This document shows positions 1 to 8,478 of a stretch of DNA of 64,000 nucleotides, piece by piece. Under the pieces are notes generated by a model. The model was not told the origin of the DNA. It worked only from the letters and a program-made list of their open reading frames with translations, and did not search any database. The DNA is from Myxococcota bacterium. GTDB lineage: Bacteria > Myxococcota_A > Polyangia > Palsa-1104 > JAEUJZ01. The stretch spans positions 93,140 through 157,139 of the forward strand of contig JANWXW010000048.1 in NCBI GenBank assembly GCA_025057315.1, written 5' to 3'. Made by a program: the position numbers and the translations under genes. Positions within the stretch are counted from its first letter, which is position 1, and every line of letters starts with the position of its first letter.

Positions 1-174
1 GCTAGCTCCGACCGGAGGAGCTGAACCCGGCAACCCACGCTAAGGACCTGCCGAGAGGGGTACCTCCCCCTCCAGTGCGATGCTCGCCCCCGCCGGCTGG
101 TCGGCTGGCTCGCCCCGGTTGCAACCGGCTTCCCCGCTGCGATGTTCCGTTGCTCACCATGGCTTTCCGTGAGC

Positions 175-3039
175 TCAGTAGCGGTAGCGAACGACCAACT
201 CGACGAAGATGTTGTCCGTGCGGCGGGTCACGGTGCCAAAATTCGGCCCGTCCCGCTGGTCGAGTTGGAATGGCGTCGAGATCGACAGCGCATTGAATGC
301 CATGGCCAGGATGTCGATGCGCTGCTTGAGCAGCTTCTCCATGCTAAAGGCCACCTGCAGGTCGAGGACAAACTGATCGGGCAGGCGGAACTCGCTCCAA
401 CCCGTCGGGTCGTTTACCCGAGCACCCGGGTCAGAGCCGCGCGGCGATCGGTACAGGCTCAGGCTCTGGTCCTCGGGGCTGCGGTACACCTTCCACTGGG
501 GTGCGCCGGTCAGGTACTGGAGGCGCGCGCCCAGCGTCAGCCCGAAGTCAAAGCCATAGTTGAGCAGCGCCTTGATGTAGTGCCGATAGTTGCGCGGCAG
601 GTCGCCATAAAAGTAGTGGCTCAGGCGCGGGTTGTAGCCGTACCCCAATGGGTCAAAGTAGTCTTCGACGGTGCCGCGGAGAAAAGACAGGGTATAGGAG
701 GCGATGACGTCGAACCTGCCGGGTGTGCCGCGTACCCAGAAATCGACCCCGTGGTACTCGCGGCGCGCATCGGGGGGCGTAGCGGCCTCGAAGATCTGCT
801 GCCGCTGCCCGTTGACATGGCCAACCACCCGCGTGCCGGCGGGGTCCCAAATCTGGTTGATCTCGCGGTTGATCCACAGGTTGCTATACAGGCGGTAGGT
901 GTAGTCCACGCCCGCCACGGTCAGGGGATGTACCTCGCGGTGGATGCCGGCGCTGACCTCGTCCACCTTGGGCGGCTCGACGTCCTGGGCGAAGGTCTGG
1001 CCGGCGACGCCACCTGAGCGGCGCACCTCCTCGAAGCTCTGCGTGGTCGGGTTCCAACGTCGCAAGATTGCAGGCTGCGTCGGGTTGCCACGGTCGGCGA
1101 TGCCAGCGTTGCCGACGTCGTTGTGGCGGCCGTAGTGGGCGACAAGCAGCGTGCTGCGGTCGTGGAGCAGGTCGTAGATGAAAGACAGACGCGGCCCGTA
1201 GCCAACCAGCGTCGCCAGGCGGGAGCCCTCGTGGTTGAAGAGCTGCCCCATGTCGATGCGGAAGCCGGGCACGACCGTCAGGTAGCGCTGGAAGGTAAAG
1301 CGATCCTGGATGAAAAAGCCCAAGTTGATCGCCTGCGCCGTCGTGGTCCAGCCCGGGCCCGGCCGTCCATCGCGCGGTTGGCTGTCGGGAAACTCCTCCA
1401 TGATCAGGCAAGAGGAGAACGTGGCCGGGTTCTGCGGATCGCAGGGCAGACCGGGCACGGTGTCGGTGAAGCGGCGGCCACCCGCAACGCCGACATTGTG
1501 CTCGTAGCGCATGTAGGCAAACTGCAATCCCCCCTTGATGTTGTGCGTGCCGCCCAAGCCTTGGGCGGTATAAAGCAGCGTCGGAGCAAACTGGAAGTTC
1601 CACTTCTTCTCGTCGTTCCAGTCGCGGTTACCATTCAGGTAGGTCAGGTTGTTGAAGGCATCTGCGGTGGCCAGCGTGTGCGAGGGCGTCAGGCGGTCGG
1701 GCTCGCCGTTGAGAGTGGCATAGGCGTCCTCCAGCGCGCTCTTGTAGGACAGGCCCGTCTGGATCTGAAGCAGCAGCTTGGGCGTGAGCAGCGAGTCAAT
1801 GAGCAGGGCGCCCCAGTCCCCGCCGCGGATCACGCGCCGCTCCGCTTCGGGCGTGAAGATCGTCGGGTCACCGCCAATGGCACTGGAGGCAATCGCGTTG
1901 GCGATGTAGTTGCGGTCGAAGCTGTAGGATACCGACACGCGCGTGTTCTGGCTGGCCTGCCAGGTCAGCTTGGCGCGGCCGATGTACAGCGTCTGGTCGA
2001 CGTATCGGTCGTACGGGTTCTCCAGCCCGGGGTACCACGGAACCGGCGGGATGTTGTTGGTGATGCGGTTGTAATTGAACTGGAACGAGGTAAAAAACCA
2101 CAGTCGGTCCTTGACAATGGGCCCGCCCAGGTTCAGGTTGGTTGAGTAGAAGGCGCGCTCGATCTGAGGCCGGTCGTCGTAGAGCAGCTGCCCCTGCTGC
2201 AGGCCGACGCGGGTGGCGTAGCGGGTTGGGGCGCTAAACTGGGTCGGCTGCAGAATCACGGTGGCGTCAATGGTTAGCTTGTTGCCGCCGCTGCGCGTAA
2301 TCATGTTCTGGACCAGGCCCAACGAGTTGAACTCGGCGTCCATGGCCCCAATCGCGATCACGAACTGCTCGACGGAGTCGTGGTTGATAAGGGCGCTGGA
2401 GGTGCCAAAGGCGCCCGAGACGATGTCGGTCAGGTCGAGCCCATCGATGAGGTAGCGGTTGTGGCGCCCCATGGCGCCCCGCACCTGCACGCGGTCGGTG
2501 CCCTGGGTAACGCCAGGGGCGTGCTGGGCGACGCCCTTTTCCTGGCGGAACGTCGGCGCCCGCGTGAGCGATGCGTTGCCGATGGTGACCACAGCCGCGG
2601 CGCTCTCTGGGTTGAGCGTCGGGTTGACCTTCTCAACGATGCGGTAGGTCTGGTTCTGCTGCGGCGTGGTCTGGACCTGAAGCTGAATGTCCACCGGTGC
2701 CAGCTCACCGGCATTGACCCGAATCCCGCGGTGCAAAATGGGCGCGAAGCCCTCCATGCGCACGGTCAGGTCGTAGATGCCCGGCGGCAGGTCGTGGATC
2801 GTGTAGCTGCCGTCGGCCCGCGTGGTGCCGGAGCGGGTTCCACCCAGGAGCGCCTTGCTGCTGACCTGTATCAACACATCGGCCACCCCCTCGCCGGTGC
2901 CCTCGATGGTCACATAGCCGCCGATGCGTCCGGTAACCTCGCCGATGGCCCCAGCCAATCGGGGAGCCAGCAACGTGGCCAGCACAGCCAGAATCCCGAG
3001 ACAGCCGCGCCAGCCGGGCAGACAGAAGGGGACGCGCAT
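175..3039 (-). CDS. TonB-dependent outer-membrane receptor, Oar-like: signal peptide, carboxypeptidase-regulatory-like (CarbopepD_reg) domain, then plug and beta-barrel
   Basis: The 1043-aa ORF is trimmed to the internal ATG at 3039 (MRVPFCLPGWRGCLGILAVLATLLAPRLAGA, a signal peptide). The N-terminal segment GRIGGYVT..ADGSYTIHDLPPGIYDLTV is typical of the CarbopepD_reg fold. It is followed by long beta-barrel-like sequence, and the protein ends in the aromatic ...VVRYRY typical of outer-membrane barrels. Confidence 0.85.
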   Translation of the reverse strand: MRVPFCLPGWRGCLGILAVLATLLAPRLAGAIGEVTGRIGGYVTIEGTGEGVADVLIQVSSKALLGGTRSGTTRADGSYTIHDLPPGIYDLTVRMEGFAPILHRGIRVNAGELAPVDIQLQVQTTPQQNQTYRIVEKVNPTLNPESAAAVVTIGNASLTRAPTFRQEKGVAQHAPGVTQGTDRVQVRGAMGRHNRYLIDGLDLTDIVSGAFGTSSALINHDSVEQFVIAIGAMDAEFNSLGLVQNMITRSGGNKLTIDATVILQPTQFSAPTRYATRVGLQQGQLLYDDRPQIERAFYSTNLNLGGPIVKDRLWFFTSFQFNYNRITNNIPPVPWYPGLENPYDRYVDQTLYIGRAKLTWQASQNTRVSVSYSFDRNYIANAIASSAIGGDPTIFTPEAERRVIRGGDWGALLIDSLLTPKLLLQIQTGLSYKSALEDAYATLNGEPDRLTPSHTLATADAFNNLTYLNGNRDWNDEKKWNFQFAPTLLYTAQGLGGTHNIKGGLQFAYMRYEHNVGVAGGRRFTDTVPGLPCDPQNPATFSSCLIMEEFPDSQPRDGRPGPGWTTTAQAINLGFFIQDRFTFQRYLTVVPGFRIDMGQLFNHEGSRLATLVGYGPRLSFIYDLLHDRSTLLVAHYGRHNDVGNAGIADRGNPTQPAILRRWNPTTQSFEEVRRSGGVAGQTFAQDVEPPKVDEVSAGIHREVHPLTVAGVDYTYRLYSNLWINREINQIWDPAGTRVVGHVNGQRQQIFEAATPPDARREYHGVDFWVRGTPGRFDVIASYTLSFLRGTVEDYFDPLGYGYNPRLSHYFYGDLPRNYRHYIKALLNYGFDFGLTLGARLQYLTGAPQWKVYRSPEDQSLSLYRSPRGSDPGARVNDPTGWSEFRLPDQFVLDLQVAFSMEKLLKQRIDILAMAFNALSISTPFQLDQRDGPNFGTVTRRTDNIFVELVVRYRY

Positions 3040-3345
3040 GCCTGGTTTGCCTCCGTCCGTGAGCGGCGGCAGTGTACGCCAAAGGCCGCAGCCGGATGTG
3101 ATTTTTTCGAAGGACGGCAGGCCGAGCCGAAAGAAGCCATGGCCCCCTCTGCCCTGGAGCCAGCGCATGCTTCCACCTGGGGCGAGGGACCCATCCACCA
3201 TCGCTGCCGGGCGCCGGGGCACCCCTGGGCGGGGGCAAGGCTGGGGGAGATGGCTGCAGGTGGCCAGGCCCCAACCGCGCGAGGGCAGCCAAGCGCACGG
3301 AACCATGGTATGAAGTTGTCCTAGCGGCCGGGCCCAATCTGGAGC

Positions 3346-3558
3346 ATGATGGTTTCCATGTCGCTTCTGTCCGTATGGACCGCGCTCGGGACCACACTAC
3401 CCCCCAAGCGCAGCCCGACCCTGGTCGGCCCCGAGGGCGACCTGTACTACGCCGTGTTCGTCGGCGTGGTTCTGGTGGCCTTTGTGATCTTTGCTTTTTT
3501 CTTTTATATGCGTGGCGGTCGGCCGGGTGGCCCAGGACAGGGCCGAACGGGGTCTTGA
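3346..3558 (+). CDS. Hypothetical small membrane protein (70 aa) in a divergent promoter region
   Basis: ORF with one hydrophobic segment (YAVFVGVVLVAFVIFAFFFY). It sits between the divergent TBDR and PIG-L genes. Nothing else supports it, and it may be non-coding. Confidence 0.2.
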   Translation: MMVSMSLLSVWTALGTTLPPKRSPTLVGPEGDLYYAVFVGVVLVAFVIFAFFFYMRGGRPGGPGQGRTGS

Positions 3559-3576
3559 ACCCGGATTCAGCACCCC

Positions 3577-4473
3577 ATGGGGACGACCCTATACTTGTCC
3601 CCCCATCCGGATGACGTGGCCCTGGCCTGTGGCGGGAGCGTGGCGGCCGACGTGGCAGCCGGGGAGCATGTGATACTCGTGACGCTATTTGGCAGCGGAG
3701 CCGACGGTGCTGTGCGGGAGCAAGAGGATGGGGCAGCCGCCGGCGTGCTCGGCTGTGCGCTGCGCCGGCTCGGCTTGCCCGAGGCGCTGGAGCGTACCGA
3801 GACGCGTAGTCCCCTTGATCTGTTCGCCCCGCTGGGGCCGCAGCACCTGGGGGTGCTGGCCGAGTGCGTGGCAAGGCTCCGGCAGGTGGTGCAGGAGGTG
3901 GAGGGCAGTGGGTCCAGACCCGTGCTGGCGGCCCCTCTGGCCGTCGGCGGCCACATCGACCATCGTCTGACCCATGGGGCGGCCCGTGCCGTGGCCGACG
4001 AGCTAGGGCTGGGCCTCTTCTTCTATGAGGACCAGCCCTACAGCCTGGCGCGCTACGCGCTCGGACGCCGCCTCGCTGCCGTCGCCGCAGCGCTGCTAGA
4101 CTGCCCCCCGCCGGAGCGTGCGCCGCGCCGCCGCGAGGTGGCAGCCTACCGACGCTACCTGCGCTCGCTGCCACTGGTGCGCCACATGGCGCCGCCAGGC
4201 CTGCGGTGGCTCATGGCGCATCTGGCCGCTCAGGCCGCGGTAAAAGCGGACGATCGCGGTCGAGAGCCAGGCTTTGCGCTGCGCCTCCGTCCCCGGCTGC
4301 GTGAGGTCGAGGCCTTCGCGTCGCAGCGCTTCGCCGCCATTGCAGCCTATGCTTCCCAGCAACCGCGGCTCTTCCCCTCTGCAGCGGCGATGGAGCGGGC
4401 ACTGCGCGCGCATGGCGGCGGCCCAGGCGGGGCCCTGGTGGAGCGGTTCTGGGACGTCGTTCCCCCTGCGTAA
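3577..4473 (+). CDS. PIG-L/LmbE family N-acetylglucosaminyl deacetylase
   Basis: N-terminal LSPHPDDVALACGGS matches the PIG-L family signature (HPDDE-like). There is a conserved His further in (GGHIDH). Confidence 0.8.
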   Translation: MGTTLYLSPHPDDVALACGGSVAADVAAGEHVILVTLFGSGADGAVREQEDGAAAGVLGCALRRLGLPEALERTETRSPLDLFAPLGPQHLGVLAECVARLRQVVQEVEGSGSRPVLAAPLAVGGHIDHRLTHGAARAVADELGLGLFFYEDQPYSLARYALGRRLAAVAAALLDCPPPERAPRRREVAAYRRYLRSLPLVRHMAPPGLRWLMAHLAAQAAVKADDRGREPGFALRLRPRLREVEAFASQRFAAIAAYASQQPRLFPSAAAMERALRAHGGGPGGALVERFWDVVPPA

Positions 4474-4481
4474 GGGCCTGC

Positions 4482-4826
4482 TCAGATCTGGCTGGCGCGC
4501 TGGCTCCGCTCGCTGGCCCTGCTGAGGAAGCGGTCGATGTGCTGCCGCGACTCCTCGGACATGCGGGTAAAGCGCACACCGACCGAACGCGCCGCAGGGC
4601 TCTCCATGAGCGCCACCCCCTCGACGCGAAGGACGTCGTCACAGCCCGGCAGCTGAAACTCCAGCAGGACCAGGTGGTGGGGCAGATCGGGCTCGAAGAC
4701 CTTCCGCAGCAGCATCCCCCCCCGGCTGATGTTGAGGGCCCGGCACAGGTGGGGCTCGCCGTTGATGTACTTGTTCAGCACAATGTCCACGGGCAGCCGC
4801 CGCTCGGATCGCTTCTCGTTCGCCAT
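4482..4826 (-). CDS. PilZ domain protein (c-di-GMP binding)
   Basis: RxxxR...D/NxSxGG-like motifs (RSERRLPVDIVL ... NISRGGMLL). The ATG at 4826 is preceded by an AAGGAG ribosome-binding site. The longer track ORF (start 4982) has no RBS. Confidence 0.75.
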   Translation of the reverse strand: MANEKRSERRLPVDIVLNKYINGEPHLCRALNISRGGMLLRKVFEPDLPHHLVLLEFQLPGCDDVLRVEGVALMESPAARSVGVRFTRMSEESRQHIDRFLSRASERSQRASQI

Positions 4827-4984
4827 CTGCCTTGCTCCTTTACCTACATGTAGGATAATGAAGTCAAAGATAGGAGTCAAGCAGCGCGTGCCCGCGAGGT
4901 TTTCTTTGACCCGCCTCTGGTGCATAAAGATACTGCCAAGCTCGACGCAGGCTCGGGTGTCGGGCCCAAGGAGAAAGCGCATTC

Positions 4985-6436
4985 ATGTTCCCTACAAAGA
5001 TCTCCCTTGCGGCAGCAGGTCTGGTGGTACTCCTTACAGCCATTGTCCACCAGGTGGCCACCGGCTCCCTGGCCCAGTCGGCGGTCAACGCATCGGGGCA
5101 GCAGCTGGAGCGGGCGGCGGGGCTGTTTTTGAGCCAGAGCCGTCTTCAGGCGCTGGAATTCAGCAACGAGGTCGCGCAGTACGCCCGGCAGGAGTCCCTG
5201 GCGCGGGTCTTCTCGATCGAGGACGAGGTGGCACGGCGCCGGGCTGCCCATCAGGCCGCCAACGCACTCAACGATGAGCACATCAGCAAGATGCACGACC
5301 GGCGCGCAGCGCTGGTGGCGCTGCTGGATGCGACCGGCATGGTGGTGGCACGAGACCTGAACCTCAACGCCCTCCACGGCGAGAACTGGAAGGCTCGCTA
5401 CCCGTCGGTGGCCATGGCGCTGGAGGGCCATGCCAACAAGGACGTTTGGGCCTTTAACAACCGCATGTACCGCGTGGCCTGCGCGCCGATCCGCGCTGAA
5501 GGTGGCCGTATCGTCGGCGTGCTGGTGGTGGGGTTCGAAGAGTCAGCCGAGGACGCACGCGTGCTGCGCGATGCCTTTGGCACCGAGGTGGTGGTGTTTC
5601 TCGACGGCAAGATCTTCGCCTCCAGCTTCCCGCCCAGCCAGGGCCGCGCAAGCATCAAGGAACAGGACCTCGCCCGGGTTCTGTTCCACGGACCCAACCT
5701 GGCCGGACCGACCGTGCGGGATCGCCGGCAGACAGCGCCCTTCCGCGTCCAGCTCCAGGGCGAGAACTTCCTGGCCGTGGCTGCCCCCCTGCTGGGCAAC
5801 ACCTCACAGCCGGCGGCTGGCTTCGTGCTGCTCACATCGATCGATCAGGCCACCTTGCCGGCCCGGCGGGCAGGCAATTGGATTCTTGGCCTGGGGCTGC
5901 TCGCTGCGCTGGCCACGGTGGCGGCAGCGGCCTACACTTCGCGACGCTTTTTGGCCTCGATTGACAAGATCGAGCAGGGGGTCACCGAGATCATCAACGG
6001 AAACCACGACTATATCTTCGAAAAGCAGGGCAACATCGACTTCGAGGGCCTGGAGAACGCGCTCAACGTGATGGTGGCCAAACTGTTGGGCCGCCCCGAG
6101 CCCAGCGAGGCAGGCGAGGTCATGGTCCCCATGGACATGGCGGCAGCGCCCTCGGCCTCGCCAAAGGACCGGCCGCAGGAAATCAAGCTTTCCCCCGAGA
6201 ACCAGGCGCTGGCGCAGGAGCCAGAGGAGCAGTACCGGCGCCGCCTCTACAACGAGTACGTCCACGCGCGTGAGCAGACGGGCGAGGGCAGCCGCGACCT
6301 GACCTTCGAGGGGTTCCTCGCCAAGCTCCGCGAAAACGAGACCGCTCTGTGCAGCAAGTACGGCGTCCGCACCGTCCGCTTCAAGGTCATCATCAAGGAG
6401 GGGCAGGCAACCCTGAAGCCCGTGCCTATCCCGTAG
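4985..6436 (+). CDS. Membrane-anchored sensor-like protein (N-terminal TM, periplasmic domain, second TM, HAMP-like linker, conserved C-terminal domain)
   Basis: Two predicted TM segments ([14 protein letters not shown] and [18 protein letters not shown]) bracket a roughly 260 aa extracytoplasmic region. A coiled linker follows, and the C-terminus reads [16 protein letters not shown]...[14 protein letters not shown]. No output domain is recognisable. Confidence 0.6.
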   Translation: MFPTKISLAAAGLVVLLTAIVHQVATGSLAQSAVNASGQQLERAAGLFLSQSRLQALEFSNEVAQYARQESLARVFSIEDEVARRRAAHQAANALNDEHISKMHDRRAALVALLDATGMVVARDLNLNALHGENWKARYPSVAMALEGHANKDVWAFNNRMYRVACAPIRAEGGRIVGVLVVGFEESAEDARVLRDAFGTEVVVFLDGKIFASSFPPSQGRASIKEQDLARVLFHGPNLAGPTVRDRRQTAPFRVQLQGENFLAVAAPLLGNTSQPAAGFVLLTSIDQATLPARRAGNWILGLGLLAALATVAAAAYTSRRFLASIDKIEQGVTEIINGNHDYIFEKQGNIDFEGLENALNVMVAKLLGRPEPSEAGEVMVPMDMAAAPSASPKDRPQEIKLSPENQALAQEPEEQYRRRLYNEYVHAREQTGEGSRDLTFEGFLAKLRENETALCSKYGVRTVRFKVIIKEGQATLKPVPIP

Positions 6437-7520
6437 CCTCCTGGCCCTTGAGGGCCTCAGCCTGGAAGTGCGCCCGCAGGGCGTCGATGATCTCCTGGAT
6501 CTCCCCGTCGAGGATCTTGGAGAGGTTGTGCCTGGTCAGCCCGATGCGGTGATCAGTGAGCCGGTCCTGGGGAAAGTTGTAGGTCCGGATCTTCTCCGAG
6601 CGGTCCCCTGACCTCACCTGCGACCGCCGCGCCTCCCGCTCCGCCGCCTCCTGCTTGTCGCGCTCCATCTCCAGCAGCTTGGACCGCAGGATCTTCATCG
6701 CCAGCGCCCGGTTTTTATGCTGCGACTTCTCCTGCTGGCAACGCACGATGATTCCCGTCGGGATGTGTAGGATCTGGACTGCCGAATCGGTGGTGTTGAC
6801 CGATTGTCCCCCCGGGCCGCCCGAGCGCATGACCTCGATGCGCAGGTCCTTGTCCTCGATGCGGACGTCCACCTCCTCCGCCTCGGGCAGCACCGCCACC
6901 GTGGCCGCCGAGGTATGGATGCGCCCCTGCGCCTCGGTCTCGGGCACCCGCTGCACGCGGTGCACGCCAGATTCGTACTTTAGCTCCGAGTAGACTCCTG
7001 ACCCGGTGGGCGACGAGATCAGCGCTACCACCTCTTTCAGCCCATGCGATGCCGACTCCGACATGGACAGGATGTCGACCCGCCAGCGTTTGCGCTCCGC
7101 ATAGCGCGAGTACATCCGGAACAGGTCACTGGCAAACAGCGCTGCCTCCTCGCCTCCGGTCCCAGCGCGAATCTCTAACATGACGTTGCGGCTGTCATTG
7201 GGGTCCGGGGGAAGCAGCAGCACCTTGATCCGCTCCTCCAAAGCAGCCCGCTCGCGCTCCAGGCGCAGCTCCTCCTCGCGCGCCATCTGGCGCAGCTCGG
7301 CGTCGGGCTCGCGCAGCAGGGGCGCGTTCTCCTCCAGGGCGCGCTGCACCTGCCGATGACGGCGGTAGGTCTGCACCAGCTCCTCTAGATCCGCGCGCTC
7401 CTTGGCCAGTTTCTGAAACTGCGCCTGCCGCGCGATGACCTCCGGATCCGCCAGGAGCCGCTCCAGCTCCTCGTACCGGGCCTCGACCTCGGCCAGCTTG
7501 GTAAAAATGGACGGCGCCAT
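6426..7520 (-). CDS. prfA: Peptide chain release factor 1
   Basis: GGQ motif ([17 protein letters not shown]) and the PxT-containing class-I release-factor domains. Full-length match to the RF1 family. Confidence 0.95.
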   Translation of the reverse strand: MAPSIFTKLAEVEARYEELERLLADPEVIARQAQFQKLAKERADLEELVQTYRRHRQVQRALEENAPLLREPDAELRQMAREEELRLERERAALEERIKVLLLPPDPNDSRNVMLEIRAGTGGEEAALFASDLFRMYSRYAERKRWRVDILSMSESASHGLKEVVALISSPTGSGVYSELKYESGVHRVQRVPETEAQGRIHTSAATVAVLPEAEEVDVRIEDKDLRIEVMRSGGPGGQSVNTTDSAVQILHIPTGIIVRCQQEKSQHKNRALAMKILRSKLLEMERDKQEAAEREARRSQVRSGDRSEKIRTYNFPQDRLTDHRIGLTRHNLSKILDGEIQEIIDALRAHFQAEALKGQEATG

Positions 7521-7526
7521 CCGGCG

Positions 7527-7763
7527 CTAGGCCTTGCTCGCTGCCCTGGGGGGCGTGGGGGACTTTTGATGATACCGCTTCTGGAACCGCTCGATGCGAC
7601 CCGCGGCGTCGACCAGCTTCTGCCGTCCCGTATAAAACGGATGGCAGTTGGCGCAAATCTCGACGGCGAAGGACCCACGCGTCGAGGCCGTCTCGTACAC
7701 GGCCCCACAGGCGCAGGTGATCGTGGCCAGCGAGTAGTTGGGGTGGATGCTCGGCTTGGGCAT
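7527..7763 (-). CDS. rpmE: 50S ribosomal protein L31 (zinc-binding C+ form)
   Basis: 78 aa with CxCG...CxxCH (ITCACGAV ... [11 protein letters not shown]), characteristic of L31. It lies immediately upstream of prfA, as in many bacteria. Confidence 0.9.
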   Translation of the reverse strand: MPKPSIHPNYSLATITCACGAVYETASTRGSFAVEICANCHPFYTGRQKLVDAAGRIERFQKRYHQKSPTPPRAASKA

Positions 7764-7973
7764 GCTGCCTTCCTCTGCAAGACTGCCTTACTTACCCTCT
7801 TGCGGCCGGCTGCGCAAGGGCATTGTCCTGCGGCCCTATCCATCGCCCGCGCCCGGCCGACCACACAGCCGGCAGCGGCCATCCTCGCCCACCACACCAA
7901 TGCAGGCCTCGTCCGCGCACAGCACGCGCGTCTCTGGGTCAAACCCCGTCTCTTCCTGCTCCACGTCCTGCAT

Positions 7974-8279
7974 TTATTTTAGGTTCTTGAACAGCTCCGC
8001 CAGCTTCCGCTTGGCTTCCTCCACCGATCTGTCCACCTTCCACCCCTCAGAGTCGCGGAAGTTAAAGTGCGGGCAGAAGTTCGCCTCGGCCCGGTCGCGG
8101 ATAAAGGCCGCCTCGGGCTCCCGACACTGGTTGTGGAGGTTGGGATCGTAGTGCTGGCAATTCTTGCAGCAGTGCAGATCAGCGCCGCAGTGAGGGCAAG
8201 CATCGCGGCGCCCGACCTTCACGCCGACCTTCACCTCGAAGATCTGCTCGTTGCCGCAGGCGTGGCAGTAGTAGGCCAT
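7974..8279 (-). CDS. Small zinc-ribbon protein (about 101 aa)
   Basis: C-terminal part of a 355-aa track ORF, starting MAYYCHACGNE and containing CxxC...CPHCG...CCKNC...CPHF. The upstream 250 codons of the track ORF are Arg/Trp/Pro junk and are excluded. Confidence 0.5.
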   Translation of the reverse strand: MAYYCHACGNEQIFEVKVGVKVGRRDACPHCGADLHCCKNCQHYDPNLHNQCREPEAAFIRDRAEANFCPHFNFRDSEGWKVDRSVEEAKRKLAELFKNLK

Positions 8280-8478
8280 AGGGGGGGTATTGTAGCACCC
8301 CCTCTGGCCGTGTCCACCGCCGCAGCTGCGCATGCCGCCCCGAGGCCACTTCCGTGGGCACCCGCCTGCTGCGGGCCGAGCCCCCAGACCGCACGCAGCG
8401 GCCAAGCCCCATGCAGCCGCAGCTTCATCCTGCCATCCCAACCTGGGGCCCACCCCGCGGCCGGTCGGCTCCCTGGCC

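Noticed and set aside
1-130. Possible partial tRNA or terminator at the left edge (gctcc-tccggtc-ggagc hairpin; CCGGTTGCAACCGG palindrome)
   Set aside because: No cloverleaf could be completed, the loop is not T-loop-like, and no U-tract follows. The region is too short at the window edge to call.
142-2145. Plus-strand ORFs of 291 and 340 aa inside the TBDR gene
   Set aside because: They are fully antisense to a well-supported 955-aa receptor gene, and their Arg/Val/Ala/Gln-rich composition is typical of antisense frames in high-GC DNA.
3040-3345. Cobalamin or other riboswitch in the 5' region of the TBDR gene
   Set aside because: No B12-box (GCCACTG-like) or other recognisable conserved riboswitch core could be found by eye.
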